A program made the translations under genes and the position numbers. From the human T2T-CHM13v2.0 reference genome, Homo sapiens: a stretch of DNA of 64,000 bases. Below are positions 41,221-55,830 of the stretch, piece by piece (position 1 is the first letter of the stretch; each line of letters begins with the position of its first letter). The notes under the pieces are model-generated. The model was not told the origin of the DNA, ran no database searches, and saw nothing but the letters and a program-made list of their open reading frames with translations. The stretch is taken from the NCBI RefSeq assembly GCF_009914755.1, contig NC_060931.1; one strand, written 5' to 3'.

Positions 41221-44200
41221 GCTGATTGTTTCCTTTGCTGTGCAGAAGCTTTTATACTTGATGTCATCCCTTTTGTTCATTTTTGCTTTGGTTACCCGTG
41301 CTTCCCAGGTATTTACTCGAGAAATCTTTGCCCAATCCAAAGTCCTGGAGGGTTTCCCCAAAGTTTTCTTGTAGTAATTTCAGAGTTTGAGGTCTTAGAT
41401 TTAAGTCTTTAATCCATTTGGATTTGAGTTTTGTATATGGCAAGAGATAGGGGTGTAGATTCATTCTTCCACATAGGGATATCCAGTTTTCCCAGCACCA
41501 TTTATTGAAGAGATTGCCCTTTCCCCAATGTATGTTTTTGAGACTGCTGTGAAAAATGAGTTTACTGTAGATGTATGGATTTCTTTCTGGGTTCTCCATT
41601 CTGTTCCACTGGTCTGTGTGTCTGTTTTTATGGCAATACGGTGATGTTTTGGTTACTATACTTTTGTAGTATAATTGAAGTCAGGTATTGTGATTCCTTC
41701 AGTTTTGTTCTTCTTGCTCAGGGTAGCTTTGGCTATTCTAGGTCTTTTGTTTTTTCATATAATTAAAGATCGTTTTTTCTATTTCTGTGAGGATTATCAT
41801 TAGTAGTTTGATGGGAATTGCATTGAATCTGTAGATTGCTTTGAATAATATGGACATTTTAGCAATATTGATTCTTCCAATGCTTGAACGTAGAATAGCT
41901 TTCCATTTTTTTGTGTCTTCTTCAATTTCTTTCTCCAGTTTTGTATAGCTTTCATTCTAGAGATCTTTCATTTCTTTGGTTAATTTTTAGATATTTAATT
42001 TTATGTGTGGCTACTGTAAATGGAATTACTTTTTAAATTTTCTTTTTCAGATTGTTCTCTGTTGGCATATAGAAATGTTAATGATTTTTGTATGATTTTG
42101 TGTCCTACACCATTACTGAATTTATCAGTTCTGATAGTTTTTTTTGGTGGAGACTTTAGGTTTTTCTAAATATAAGATCGTATCATCTGCAAACAATGAT
42201 AATTTGACGTCTTCCTTTCAAATTTGGATGCCCTTTATTTCTTTCTCGTCTGATTGCTCTAGCTAGGATTTCCAGTACTATGTTGAATAATGTGGTAAAA
42301 AGTGAGCATCCTTGTCATGTCCCAGATCTTAGAAGAAAGGCTTTCAGTGTTTCCTCACTCAGTATGATACTAGCTGTGCGTTTGCTGTATATGGTTTCTA
42401 TTATGTTCACTAATATTCCTTCTATACCCAGTTTTTTTAAGGTTTTTATCATGAAAGGATGTTGAATTTTATCAAATGATTTTTCTGCATCTATGGAGAT
42501 GAGATGATCATATGATTTATTCCCCTTCATTGTGTTGATATGACGTATCATGTTGATTTGCTGTGTTGAACCATCTTTGTGTCCCTGAGATAAATCCTAT
42601 TTGGTTATGATGAATAATCTTTTTAATATGTTATTGAATTCAGTTTGCTAGTATTTTGTTGAGGATTTTTGCATTAACATTAATCAGAGATTTTGGCCCG
42701 TAGTTTTCTTTTGATGGGTCTTTGTACGGTTTTGGTATTAAAGTGATATTGGTCTCATACAACGGGTTTGGAAGTATTCCCTCCTCCTCTATTTCATGGA
42801 ATCGTTAGAGTGGGATTGATATTAGCTCTCTTTAAATGTTTGATAAAATTCAGCAGTGAAGCCATCAGGTCCTGGGCTTTTCTTTGCTGAGAGACTTTTC
42901 ATTAGAGATTTGATCTCATTACCTGTGATTGGTCTGTTCAGGTTTTGGATTTCTATATAGTTCAATCTTGGTAGGTTTTGTGTATCTAGGGATTTATCCA
43001 TTTCTAGGTTTTCCAATTTATTGGCATACAGTTGCTCATGGTAGTCTCTAATGATCCTTTAATTTCTGCGATATGGTTGTAATGTCTCCTTTTTTTATCT
43101 CTGATTTTATTTATTTGGGCCTTCTGTCTTTTTTTCTTAGTCTGGCTAAAGGTTTGTTAATTTTATCTTTTCAGAAAACCAGTTGATCTTTTATATTGTT
43201 TTCTTCATTGCAATTTCACTTATTTCTGCTCTGATCTTTATTATTTCATTTCTCCTACTAACTTTGGGTTTTGTTTGCCCTTTTCTAGTTTTTTAAGATG
43301 CATCATTGGGTTGTTAATTTGATGTTTTTCTTCTTTTTTGATGTAGGCACTTATAGCTATAGACTTCCCTCTTAATACTGCTTTCGCTGTATCCCATAGG
43401 TTTTGATATGTTGTGTTTTCATTATCATTTGTTTCCAGAACATTTTCAATTTCCTTCTTAATTTCTTTATTAACCCACTGGTCATTCAGGAGCATATTCT
43501 TTAATTTCTATGTTTGTAGAGTTTCCAAAATTCCTTTTGCTATGGATTTCTAGTTTTTTTTCCATTGTGGTCAGAGAAGATACATGATATTGTTTCAATT
43601 TTTAAAAAATTTTTTAAGACTTGTTTTGTGGCCTATCCTTGTTTTGTGGTCTATTCTTGAGGAATGATCCATGTGCTGAGGAGAAGGATGTGTATTCTGT
43701 AGCTGTTGGGTGAAATGTTCTGTAAGTATCTATTAGGTCCTTTTGATCTACAGTGCAGATTAAGTTCAGTGTTTCTTTGTTGATTTTCTGTCTAGATGAT
43801 CTGTCCACTGCTGAAGGTGGGGTGTTGAAGTCTCAGGCTATTATTGTATTGGGATCTGTCTCTCTCTGTCTCTCTCTTTAGCTCTGATAATATTTGCTTT
43901 ATGTATCTGTGTGCTCCAGTATTGGGTGTATACATATTTACAATTGTTATATACCCTTGCTGAATTAACCCTTTTATCATTATATAATGACCTTCTTTGT
44001 CTCTTTTTATCGTTTTTGTCTTGTAATCTATTGTGTCTGATATAAATATGGCTATTCCTGCTCTTTTATGGTTTCCCTCGGCATGGAATATAATTTTCCA
44101 TCCCTTTGTTTTCTGTCTATATTTGCCTTTACAAGTAAAGTGTGTTTCTTGTAGGTAACAGATTCTTAGGGTTTTGTTTTCTTATTCAGCTACTCTTTGT

Positions 44201-46635
44201 CTTTTGATTGGAGAGTTTAGTCCATTTACATTCAGTGTTATTATTGATACAGACTTACCCCTGCCATTTCGTTATTTGTTTTCTCATTGTTTTGTGGTCT
44301 TCTCTTCCTTCCTCTTTTTCTTTCATTGAAGGTGATTTTCTCTGGTGGTGTGTTTTAGCTTATTGCTTTTTATTTTTTGTATATCCATTGTATGTTTTTA
44401 TACTTGAGGTTACCATGAGGCTTGCAAATAATATCTTATAACCCATTATTTTAAACTGATGACAACACTGATTGCATAAACAAACAAATAAGCCAAAGGA
44501 AGAAAGCTAATAAAAATTCTAAACTTTAACTTCATCTTCCCACTTTTTACCTTTTTGTTGTTTCTATTTATATCTTATTGTACTCTCTGTCTCTTGAAAA
44601 GTTATTGTAGTTATTTTTTATTGGTTCATCTTTTTGTCTTTCTACTTGTCATATATAAGTAGTTCATATACCATAATGACACTGCTATAATATTCTGTTT
44701 CTCTGTGTACTTGCTATTACCAGTGAGTTTTGTACCTTCCGATTATTTCTTCCTCATTAATGTCCTTTTATTTCAGATTGAAGAAATTCCTTTAGCATTT
44801 CTTGTAGGATAGGTCTGGTGTTGATCAAATTTCACAGTTTTGTTTGTCTGAGAAAGTCTTCTCCTTTAGGTTTGAAGGACATTTTCTCTGGATACACTAC
44901 TCTCAGGTAAAAGGTTTTTGCCTTCACTTTAAATATGTCATGGCATGCTCTCCTGGCCTGTAAGGTTTTCACTGAAAAGTCTGCTGCCAGATCTATTAGA
45001 TCTCCATTGTATGTTATTTGTTTCTTTTCTCTTGCTGCTTTTAGGATCCTTTCTTTATCCTTGACCTTTGGGAGTTTGATATTAAATGACTTGAGTTAGC
45101 CTTTGGGTTAAATCTGCTTGGTGTTCTAGAACCTTCTTGTTCTTGAATATTGATATTTTCTCTAGCTTTGAGAAATTCTGTTATACTTTTGAATAAACTT
45201 CCTACTGCTATCTCTCTGTCTAACTCCTTGTCTTCAAGCTCACTAATTCTTTCTTCTGCTTGATCAATTCTGCTATTAAGAGACTGATACATTCTTCAGT
45301 ATGGCAGTTGCATTTTTCAGCTCCAGAATTTCTGCTTGATTCTTTTTAATTATTTCAGTTTATTTGTTAACTTTATCTGATAGGATTACCAATTCCTTCT
45401 CTGTGTTATCTTGAATTTCTTTGAGTTTCCTCAGCACAGCTATTTTGAATTCTCTGTCTGAAAGGCCGCCTATCTCTGTCATTCCAGGATTGGCCCCCTA
45501 GTGCCTTATTTATTTTGTTTGGTGAGGTCATGTTTTCCTGAATGGTCTTGATGCTTGTGGATGTTTGTCAGTGTCTGGGCATTGAAGAGTTAGGTGTTTA
45601 TTATAGTTTTTGCAGTCTGGGCTTGTTTGTACCCATCCTTGTTGGAAAGGCTTTCCAGGTATTCAAAGGGACTTTGGTGTTGTGATCTAAGTTTCTGGTT
45701 GCTGCAGCTGTATCTGCACTAGGAGACACCCCATGCCCAGTAACGCTGAAGCTATTACAGACTCTTAGAGTTACTACGTTGGTGGTCTTGGATAAAATCC
45801 AGAATTCTCAGGATTAGCAGGCAGAAACTCTTGTTCTCTTTCCTTACTCTCTCCCGTATGGAGTCTCTCTCTCTCTCTTTCTCTGTGCTAAGCTGCCTGG
45901 AGCTGGGGGTGGGGTGACATAAGCATCTCTGTGGCCACCACTAGTGGGAATGTGTTGGGTCAGACCTGAAGCTAGCACAGCACTGGGTCTTGCCCAAAGC
46001 TCATTGTAACTACTGCCTGGCCACCACCTATGTTTGCTCAAGGTGTAGGGCTCAACAGTCAGCAGGTGGCAAAGCAAACCAGGCTGGTGACCTTCCCTTC
46101 AGGGTGGCAAGATTCCCCAGGTCATAGTCAGGTCCAGAGATGCTGCTGTCCAGGAGCCAGGGCCCGGAGTGAGACACCTTAGAAATCTACCTGATGCTCT
46201 ATTCTACTGCAGCTGAGCTGGTGCTGAAACCACCAAAGTCCTTCCCACCCTTCCTTCCCCTTTCCCCAGGCAGAGGGGTCTCTCTCCATTTCCACCACTA
46301 CCACAGGCCCATGGGAGGTACTGCATGGCTACTGCCAACATTCACTTAAGGCCCAAGGGCTCTTCAGTCAGCTTGTGGTGAGTGCTGCCAGGCCTGGGAC
46401 TCACCCTTCAGGGCAGTGGGCTCTCTTCCAGCCCAGGGCAGGTCCAGAAATGCCACCCAAGAGCCAAGGCCTGGAATCGGGGACCACAAGAGCCTGCTTG
46501 GTGCTGCTCCCCACTGTGGCCAAGCTGGTACCTAAGCTGATTTTTGGTTCTTATGAAGGTGCTTTTTGTGTAGATCATTATCAAATTTGGTGTTCCTGAG
46601 GGGAGGATGAACAGTGGAGGTTTCTACTTGGTCGT
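41221..46635 (-). mobile_element. Large old L1 (L1PB/L1MA-type): 5'UTR, ORF1 remnant and most of ORF2; 3' end missing
   Basis: Successive antisense ORF2 peptides (endonuclease 43614-43980; [19 protein letters not shown] 42822-43016; ISIDAEKSFDKIQHPF 42315-42551; [10 protein letters not shown] 41264-41599), ORF1-like 45041-45292, and a GC-richer 5'UTR at 45700-46635. Confidence 0.92.
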
Positions 46636-47303
46636 CATGCTCCACCTCCTCTCCAACATACAGTTTTTTACAGTAGAGCTGAATAATATGTCTTGTCTTT
46701 GTTACTGATTTTATTGTGCTGATTAAAAATAATAACCTTCACAATTATGTAATTGTTTTTTATACAAAAGTACCAGGAAGTAAGCATTTGGTCTTCTGGT
46801 GCTTCAAGAGATGAAATGGAAGCCAGATAGTAGATTTTGATGTATCTCTAGTTATGACCAAATTTATACATGTCATTACACCAAAAAGTACTAGCAGCAA
46901 GTAGTGAAATGATTTCATGGCATGTATAAATGGTGTCAAGTCAAATGGTAACTCTGAGAACTTAATTAAAGGTGATCTGAGGGAAGAAAACAATGTTTTC
47001 CTTTTTTTATGGCACATCCACAGGACCACAGTTCACCAGCCACAAAAGTCATTGGAAAAAATGTCCCATGAGACTTGCCCTTCATAGCAGTCTCTCAGGT
47101 CCTGGCATTTCACATTCTTGGAACAGATGTGACATTTTACATTCTTTTTGTTTCATGTGTGTCTGTAGTCCTGCTGTTAGCATGGTGCTCTAGCATAGCA
47201 GGAAGCTTCAGTGAAGCAGCTAAGAGGGCAGGCTCTGGAACTTCCTAGCTGTGCAGTCTTGGGCAAGTCACTTAACTTGGCTGTGTCTCTTCATCATCTA
47301 CAA

Positions 47304-47470
47304 CAGCAGTCCCCAACCTTTTTGGCACCAGGGACCTGTTTCTTGGAAGACCTTTTTTTTTCCACAGAACTGGGGGATGGGGGGTGGTTTCTGGATGAAA
47401 TTGTTCCACCTCAGATCATCAGGCATTAGATTCTAATGAGTGCACAACCCAGACCCCTCACATGCTCGGT
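47304..47470 (+). mobile_element. MER1 (hAT-Charlie) fragment inserted in a MIR
   Basis: cagcagtccccaacctttttggcaccagggac...gttccacctcagatcatcaggcattagattct. MIR motifs lie on both sides (47210-47300, 47480-47600). Confidence 0.8.
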
Positions 47471-47765
47471 TTGTAGATTCTACAAAGAACAGAGGACCCA
47501 CCTCTTAGAATCGTGAAAATTAAGTTATTTAATTCTTGTTAAAATATGGAGCACAATTTCTAGCACCAAGATAGCATTTAACAAAAGTCAGCTATTATTA
47601 TAGTAGACAATGAATAACTATTGAGTCAATAAAAGAATGAGGTCCATGGTCTTGTAAATAGGCATCATCCTTCTTAATTCGGGTTTACATATTAGAGGTA
47701 AGTTTAACTTCTGATTTTCTTTAAAACATTTCATTGAAGAAGAGAGCCTTTTTTTTTTTTTTCAG

Positions 47766-47864
47766 ATGCTGTCTTCGCAGTGCCATGCCTACAATGGCAA
47801 GCGTGAAGCTGTCTACACTTCATCCCATTGTGAATCATCCACATTACGAAGATGCAGACTTGAG
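47766..47864 (+). pseudogene. DPY19L2-like exon 20 (99 nt; 1-nt deletion)
   Basis: poly-T cag|AT GCT GTC TTC GCA G(-)T GCC ATG CCT...TTG AG|gttggc. It matches [34 protein letters not shown] with one G lost from the Gly codon. Confidence 0.95.
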
Positions 47865-48547
47865 GTTGGCGGCCGATGAGTATTTCATCAAGACTCACTT
47901 GGTGACTCCCAATTCTTAGGAATTGGGGAAATTTTTACACACACATACGCATAGACACACATACACACACACAAACTCGTCCTCATTTTCATGCTGGAAG
48001 TTAAAAAAAAATGACAATAACCATCCAGAAATGACAATACGTACCTGTTGCCTCTGGAGCAAGCAGACCTCTGAAAACTGAAAAATGCAAAAGCCAGTTT
48101 TTCCCAAAGTGACAATTGTGTCACATATTTATGATGTGTGTGTGTATTCCAGTAAAACTACTAGGTAATTGGAAGAGGAGGTAGGATGGATTTTACTCGC
48201 AGTCGTGTTTTGCCAACCCCTGCTGTACACCACAAGCCCCACTCTGATTTAAGAAATGATTTCTAGATCTTACTGGTGGCCAATGACTAGCTTTTTGTGA
48301 CAGGTAGAAAAAGTACATGAAAGTTGCTATTATACACTACGTGCTTTCATGAAAATTTAGAGTATTTTTGCTAGCCGATTATGAGAACTCTAGTTTCCAT
48401 TGATGGCTAAAAGTTTTGCTTTCCTTAAATGGCTGGTTTAAAAAATTATTTTGGATATTCTAGTAATTTTCAGGGTAATCTTTTTTTAAAGTGGATTTTT
48501 GGCCTATTGTTAGAGGCAAATCTTTAAATTATTTATAAGTTTTAGGT

Positions 48548-48640
48548 CTGCTGTCTAGGAGCCAGGGTTGGAGTCAGACACCTTAGAAATGTACCTGATG
48601 CTCTCTCTGTTCTACTGTGGTGAACTGGCATGGAAACCAC
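48548..48640 (-). repeat. Isolated ~95-bp L1 5'UTR-like fragment similar to 46143-46233
   Basis: ctgctgtc.aggagccaggg...gagt.agacaccttagaaat.tacctgatgctct...gaaaccac is shared by both sites. Confidence 0.8.
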
Positions 48641-49270
48641 TGTGGTGACTGAGCATCCCATATGCTTGAAATTCTAAGCAACATCCAATGCATAAGTGAT
48701 AGTTTGTCAGGATTTTGTAAGAACTCCCACTACGGTCAAATCACCTATTGTACCATATTTTGGTGACCATCCCCATTTCTCAAGATTCTGTGAAGGTGCT
48801 TTTCCTACCTCTTCTGACACCCTGGATGCCCATTGTCTAAGTGTTCTACTTGATACACTCAATTTCAATTCATGTATTTGTCAGAGCTTCTTTAGATGAA
48901 ATTAAGCATTGAAAGATATGTTTTCACTACATTCAGTCTCTGTCAGAATATATTCTCTGAAAACTTGGTGAATTATGAGAAGAAAATTTTATATCCTAAG
49001 CTGTTCTCTGCTCCCAGGACAGCTTTAGACTATTTTATATACTAATGAGCAGTATATGCAAAATTAAAATTGCTGTAAGTTTTATTACATTCAAAATATA
49101 AGTAGGAATGTGGAAACTGCCATCCCCAAAATAGTTGATGCTGTTTTGAGTCATGTATATCAGTGTTCCATCCCGTGAGTACTGAGATTTCAATTTGCTA
49201 GTACGATTTTTTTAGTCTATTCTATTATCATTCATTTTAAAATCTTTTAAACTATTGTTTAAATTTAAAG

Positions 49271-49396
49271 GGCCCAGACAAAAATAGTTTATTCTACATA
49301 TAGTCGAAAATCTGCCAAAGAAGTAAGAGATAAATTGTTGGAGTTACATGTGAATTATTATGTTTTAGAAGAGGCATGGTGTGTTGTGAGAACTAA
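49271..49396 (+). pseudogene. DPY19L2-like exon 21 (126 nt)
   Basis: tttaaag|GGCCCAG...ACTAA|gtgagt; AQTKIVYSTYSRKSAKEVRDKLLELHVNYYVLEEAWCVVRT(K). Confidence 0.96.
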
Positions 49397-52300
49397 GTGA
49401 GTATTAACCCTATGCTATCTGATATGGTATATTTTTAAGCAACAAATGTTTCACTTTATTACAGTAGTCCTGATTCTTTAAGAAATTTTAATTTAAATTC
49501 ATTAAAATATTATCCCGGTATCTTAGTTTAAATTATTTCATCTAGAGAAGTAAAATTATACTATCAATGAAGTAGAATTTAATTCCAAACATTATAGTAT
49601 ATTTTAATATCCTGATTTTTCAATTTAACATCTTCTACTTAGTTTTTTTCATAATTTTTGAAATATTTATGAAAATTTTTATTAGATATCTGAAATATGG
49701 ATTTGAATTCACAACAAAGTGAGATATTGGCATTCTGTATTATATAGTTGAATTATATTGGATTTGTAAGACTTGAAAGTGACAAAAACCAAAATGACAT
49801 AATAATAAAAACTTCCTAATTAAAATTTTTTAATTTCTGAATTTTGAATCTCTAAAAATCATAAAATTCTAAGATGGGTAATGGATCTTTTGAGTCCTTT
49901 GTTTAGACTCCTAAGCAGAGATATTAGCTGCTGCACATGACAGGAAATTCAGGCACATTAATTGTCTCCTAGAATGATACATTGGCAATCAGAAGAACAA
50001 AACAGGTTCTACAGTCACTTCAGGATATCATTTACAATGTGCAAAAAGTTTCAGAGATGCAAACTAAAATGAGAAAGTATGACCAACACTCTGAAAAAAA
50101 TAAGTTAATAGAAACCGATACAAGTAGGTCCAGATGTTGGATTTAGCAGCCAAAGACTGCAAAGCCACTATTACAAATACATTCAAAGGCTTAAGAAAAA
50201 TATATTCAACGAATTAAAAGAAAACATGGTATCCATGAGTGAAGAGATATGGAATCTCAGCAGAAATAGAAACACTCCAGCCCCCATGGGAATTCTAGAG
50301 CTGAGAAGTATAGTAAATGAAGTGAAAATTATTTAAATATGCTCAACAATTTTGAGATGTAAACAGAACATTTGAACAGAAAATTCAGTGAATTTGAAGA
50401 TAGATCAAGAGAGAATAGTTAATCAAAAGAACAGGAACCAAAAAGGTTGAAAAATAACCAAAGTCACAGACCTACGTAACATTAAGTAGTTCAACACATG
50501 CATAATTTTAGTATTAGATGTAATGAAAAAAAGAACATGACAGAAAAATGTTCTTTTCTGTCCATGTTCATGGACAACATTGAAGAAATGTTGTCCAAAA
50601 ATTTCTCAAGTTTGATAAAAGCTGCTAACTTAGAGATCTGCTAAGCTCAACAAATCCAACTGGGTGAAGCCCAAAGAAAACCAAAGCAAGGCACATTATA
50701 GTCAAAACGGTAAAATCAAAGATTAAGAGAAAATCTTGAAAATAAGAGAAAAAATGATATGCTATATAAACATCTGACTTCTCAACATAAATAGTGGAAA
50801 TTAACAGACACTGGAATGATAATTCAAAGTGCTGAAGATGAAAAATCAAGAATTCTATATTTAATGAAATTATCTTTTTAAAATGGAGGCCAAAAATACA
50901 TTTTTCAGATCAACAAAATCTAAGATAATTTGATTGTAACAAATTTATACTTCAGGATGGACAAGAAGTTCTGTCAGCTGATGAGAAATGATGCCAGATG
51001 GTAACTCAGATATACAAGAAATACTGAAATGTGCTGGAAATGGTAAATATGTGGCTATTAATCACTATACATTTTTCTTCTCTGAAAAGCTTTAAAAGAC
51101 ATTATTTAAGGCAAAGGTGATACCATTATATTTTTTACTTTATGACAGAAATTAAATATACATGACAATAGCACAAAAATTGAGTAAATGGAAATGTATG
51201 ATTTACTAGAAATAACCCAATTTAAATGGTAAGTAAATCATGATATGTTAAAGATGCTTGTTGTCATCCCTATCAAAACCACTCAAAAAATAAATAAAAC
51301 AGTGGGGGAAAAAAAGAGCATAATGGCAAGCCTAGACATGGATGAGCCTGGATACATTAAGTGAAATAAGTCAGCCACAGAAGGATGAATAGTGCATGTT
51401 GTCACTTGTGGAAGCTCAAAGAAGTAGCTCATAGAAGTAGAGCAGAATTGTGGTAATTAGAGGCTGAGAGGGAAGGGTAGGGAGGAGAAGAAGATAAGGA
51501 GAGGTTGGTTAAGAGATACAAAACTACAGATAAATAGAAGGAATAAGTTCTAGTGTTCTCTGGCACTGTAGAGTGAATATTAGTTAAGAGTAACTTATGG
51601 TATATGTCAAGAAAGCCAGAACAGAGGATTCTGAATGTTCCCAGCACAAACAGGTGGTAAACATTTGAGGTGATGGATATCCTAATTACCCTGATTTGAT
51701 CATTACACATTGTAATTATGCATTGAAATATCACTCTATACTCCCTAAATATGTACAAGTATTACTTGCCAACTAAAAATAAAAGGGGAAAACACCTAAA
51801 CATATAACCAACTTAAGACCCAGCAATTGTATTGGGCATTTTTTCGCAGACAGGTGAAAAGTTGTGTTCACACAAAATTCTGTAGAAAAATGTCTATAGC
51901 AGCTTTATTTGTAATAGCCTAAACCTGAAACAACCCAGATGTTTTTCGCAAGGTGAATGGTTAAATAATAGTGATCTATTCATACCATGGAATACTGCTC
52001 AGCAATAGGATCAAACTATTGATACACTCAAGATCCTGCATGAATCTCCAGAGAATTGTTTGAATGAAGAAAAGACAATCCCCAAAGGTTACATACTGTA
52101 TGATTCCATTTGTATAACTGTCTTCAAATGACAAAATTATAGATATGGATGATTTGTGGTTGCGAGGGGTTAGGGTGGGGTGGGAATGTGGGGGGAGTAT
52201 AGTATGTGTGGCTGTACAAGGGATCTCTGTGGTGATGGAAATGCTCTCTATCACCATTCTATCAATGTGAATTATCTGGCTGTGATATTATACAAATGTT

Positions 52301-52970
52301 CAAGATGTTACCATGGCGGAGGACACTGTCTAAAGACTGTACAAGAGCTACTTGTATTATCTCTCACTTAATGTGGATCTCCAAATGTCTTGAAATAAAA
52401 ATTTTTTTTTAAAAAGAGCACAATAGCAAGCCTATATCAAACCATATCAGTAATTTCAAAGTGAAAGAGGACTAAATTCTTCCTAACAAAAGGCGGAGAT
52501 TGGCAAATTGAACACAAGAGCAAAACCTATCTATGGGCTGCCTGCAAGAGGTGCATTTTAAATACAAATATGTATATTGGCTGAAGGAAAAAGAATGGAA
52601 AAGATAGCATGTGAGTAAACATTAGAAAGCTGAAGTGAAAAATGTATAAATATCAGATAAGATAGATGTTAAGACAAAGAATATTACTACAAACGACTAT
52701 GTTTTATAAGGCAAAATAGTTCAGTACAGGAGAAAGATACAATAATTTGAGTGCATATGAACTTAGAATATCAAAACATATGAAGCAAAAACTGACAGAA
52801 CCCAAAAGGCAACAAACAAGATTAAAATGGAATTATAAAAATCACTCAATCCAAAATAAGGCAGAAGAAGTGGAAAAGGGAGACAAAGATCAGGTGGAAC
52901 AGAGAGAAAACACCAAGATGACAGACTTAAATCTAACCATATCAATTATCACATTAAGTGTAAATGGACT

Positions 52971-53425
52971 TGTGGTAGGCTGAATAATGAGCCGCCCACG
53001 ATGGCTGTGTCCTAATTCCCAGAAATTGTGAATTACGTTACTCACATGGAAAAAGGAAATTTGCAAATGTGATTAAGTTAATGCTCATGAGATGTGGAGA
53101 TTATCCTTATTATCCAGGTAGGACAAATGTAATCACAAAGTCTTTATAAGGAGGAGGCAAAAGAGTAAGAGATCAAAAAGGCGATGTGATGGTAGAAGCA
53201 GAAGTTGGAGTGATATAAGGCCACAAGCCAAGGAAGGAGGCCAGCTTCTAGGGCTGGAAAAGGCGAGGAAGTGGATTTTCTTCTAGAGCCTCCTGAAGGA
53301 TTGGAGCCCTGCCAATACCGTGATTTTAGACTTATGAGCTCCAAAATTTGAAAGGGAATAAATACATGTTGCTTTAAGCAACTGTTTATGGTAATCTGTT
53401 ATAGCAGCAATAGGAAATGAATATA
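52971..53425 (+). mobile_element. MaLR solo LTR (MLT1C/D-like)
   Basis: tgtggtaggctgaataat...gtgattaagttaa...gttatagcagcaataggaaatgaata. Confidence 0.85.
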
Positions 53426-55522
53426 GCTCTAAACACCACAAATGAAAAGCAAGAATTGTCAGATTGCATAGCAAAGCAAGACCCTACTATAGGCTACTTT
53501 CAAGAAATGTATTTAAATATAAAGAAACAAAGAGGTTAAAAGTTAACAGATAGGAAAAGGACATGTGATGCTACTACTAGTCAGTGAAAGCTGGTGTGGC
53601 TGTAATAACATCAAAGTACATTTGAATGCTAAGAATATTATCAAGGTTAAACAAGGATTTTTAAATGAAGAAGGGATCTATATTTCAAGAGGATGTAGCA
53701 ACTCTGAACATTTATGCACTTACATAACAGCTTCAAATATATGAAGCACAACTGATAGAACTTTACGAAAAAATAGACAAATCTACAGTATAGTTAGAAA
53801 TTTTAATAGCCTTCTCTAAATAATTTGTAGAATAAAAAGAAATTTAGCAAGAATACAGAAGACTTGAATAACGCCATCAACCAATATGACCTAATTGACA
53901 TTTATAGTACACACCACCCTAGAACAGCAAAATAGACATTCAAGCACACGCAGACTATCAAAAAAGACCATTTTCTAGGCCACAAAACAAGTACTGACAC
54001 ATTTAAAATACTTTAGATCATGTAAAGTACAATATCTGACTACAATGAAATTAAATTAGAAATCAGTAACAGAATTCTGTATGGAAATTCCCTCAAATGT
54101 TTAGAAACTAAGTAATACACTTCCAAATAATCCATGGTCAAGAAGAAACAAAAGGAGGGTTAGTTTCAACGTATTTTGACCTAAGGGAAAATGAGAACAC
54201 CATCCCGCTATTTGGGATGCAGATACAGCAGTAGAGAGATTTGTTTTTATGTTGAATGCCTATAATAGAAAAAGAAGAAAGGCCTCATATCAGTCACTCG
54301 GCTTCACCTTAAGCAACTAGAAAAAAAGAACAAGTAAACTCCAAAGTAAGGAGAAGAAAAGAAAGCATAAAGATTAGAATCAAAATCAGTGTGAATTACC
54401 CCCAAAACAGGGAAAAGTCAATAAAACCAAACACCGATTCTTGAGAAGATTAATAAAATTGATTAACTTCTACCCAAACTAAAAGGATGAAGGCAGAAAT
54501 TACTAATATCAGGAATAAGAAAGATTTTATCACTACAGGAATCTGAAGAAATGAAAAGGATAATGAGGGAGTTTTAGGAACAACTTTACTGCACTAAGTA
54601 GGACAAAATAGATAAAATGGACAAGTTCTTTGAAAGATCCAAAACCAAAGCTCACTTAAGAAACAGAAAATCTTATATCTATTACCTTATTATGAATGAC
54701 CTTATATCTGTTAATAAAATTATACTTATAGTAAAAAGAATTGTCACAAAGAAAACTTTAAGACAGATATCTTCACTGGAAATAATTCCAGTTCTACAAA
54801 CTATTCCAGAAAATTCAAAAGGAGGGATTACTTCCCAACTGGTTCTGTGAGGTCAGCATTATCCTGATACCAACATGAGAGAAACATTATAGTAAAAGGA
54901 AACAACCAATCAAAATTTATCATGAACACATATGTGAAATTTTTAAGTAAAATTGCAACAAATGAATCCAGCAATATATTAAAGAAAGACAATATATAAT
55001 GTGCAAGTGGAGTTTATCCCAGGAATGCAAAGTTGTCTCACTATTTGAAAACCAATCAGGTGAATTCACCACAGTAACAAACTGAAAAAGAAAGACCGCA
55101 TCATCGCGCATCATCCTCTCAGTACATTCAGGAAAAAGTATTTGACACAATTCAGTATCCATAACTGATTAAAAACCCTCAGCAAACTAGGAGTAGAAGG
55201 TAACTTGCTACTAAGAATCCAAGAATATAAAATTTCTAGAAGAAAATATGGAAGAAAATTATTGTAACCTTGGATTACGCTAAGATTTCTCAGATACAGT
55301 AACATAATCATGATCCACAGGAGAACATATTGATAAATAGGACTTCATAACTGTAAGCCTCTGCTTTTTTATAAACAGTGTTAGGAAGAATTAAAAGATA
55401 AACCACAGTCTGGGAGAAAATATTTTCAAAGCCTATGTCTGATAAAGGACTTTCTCTAGATGTATAAAGAACTCTCAAAACCCAATAATAATAAAACAAC
55501 CCAATTAGAAATGGACAAAATA

Positions 55523-55830
<308 letters not shown>

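Noticed and set aside
41221-46635. Active full-length L1
   Set aside because: ORF1 and ORF2 are fragmented by many stops and frameshifts, and the 3' end is absent.
46760-47029. 89-aa - strand ORF with a hydrophobic stretch
   Set aside because: No recognisable homology, splice context or promoter; its length is within chance expectation.
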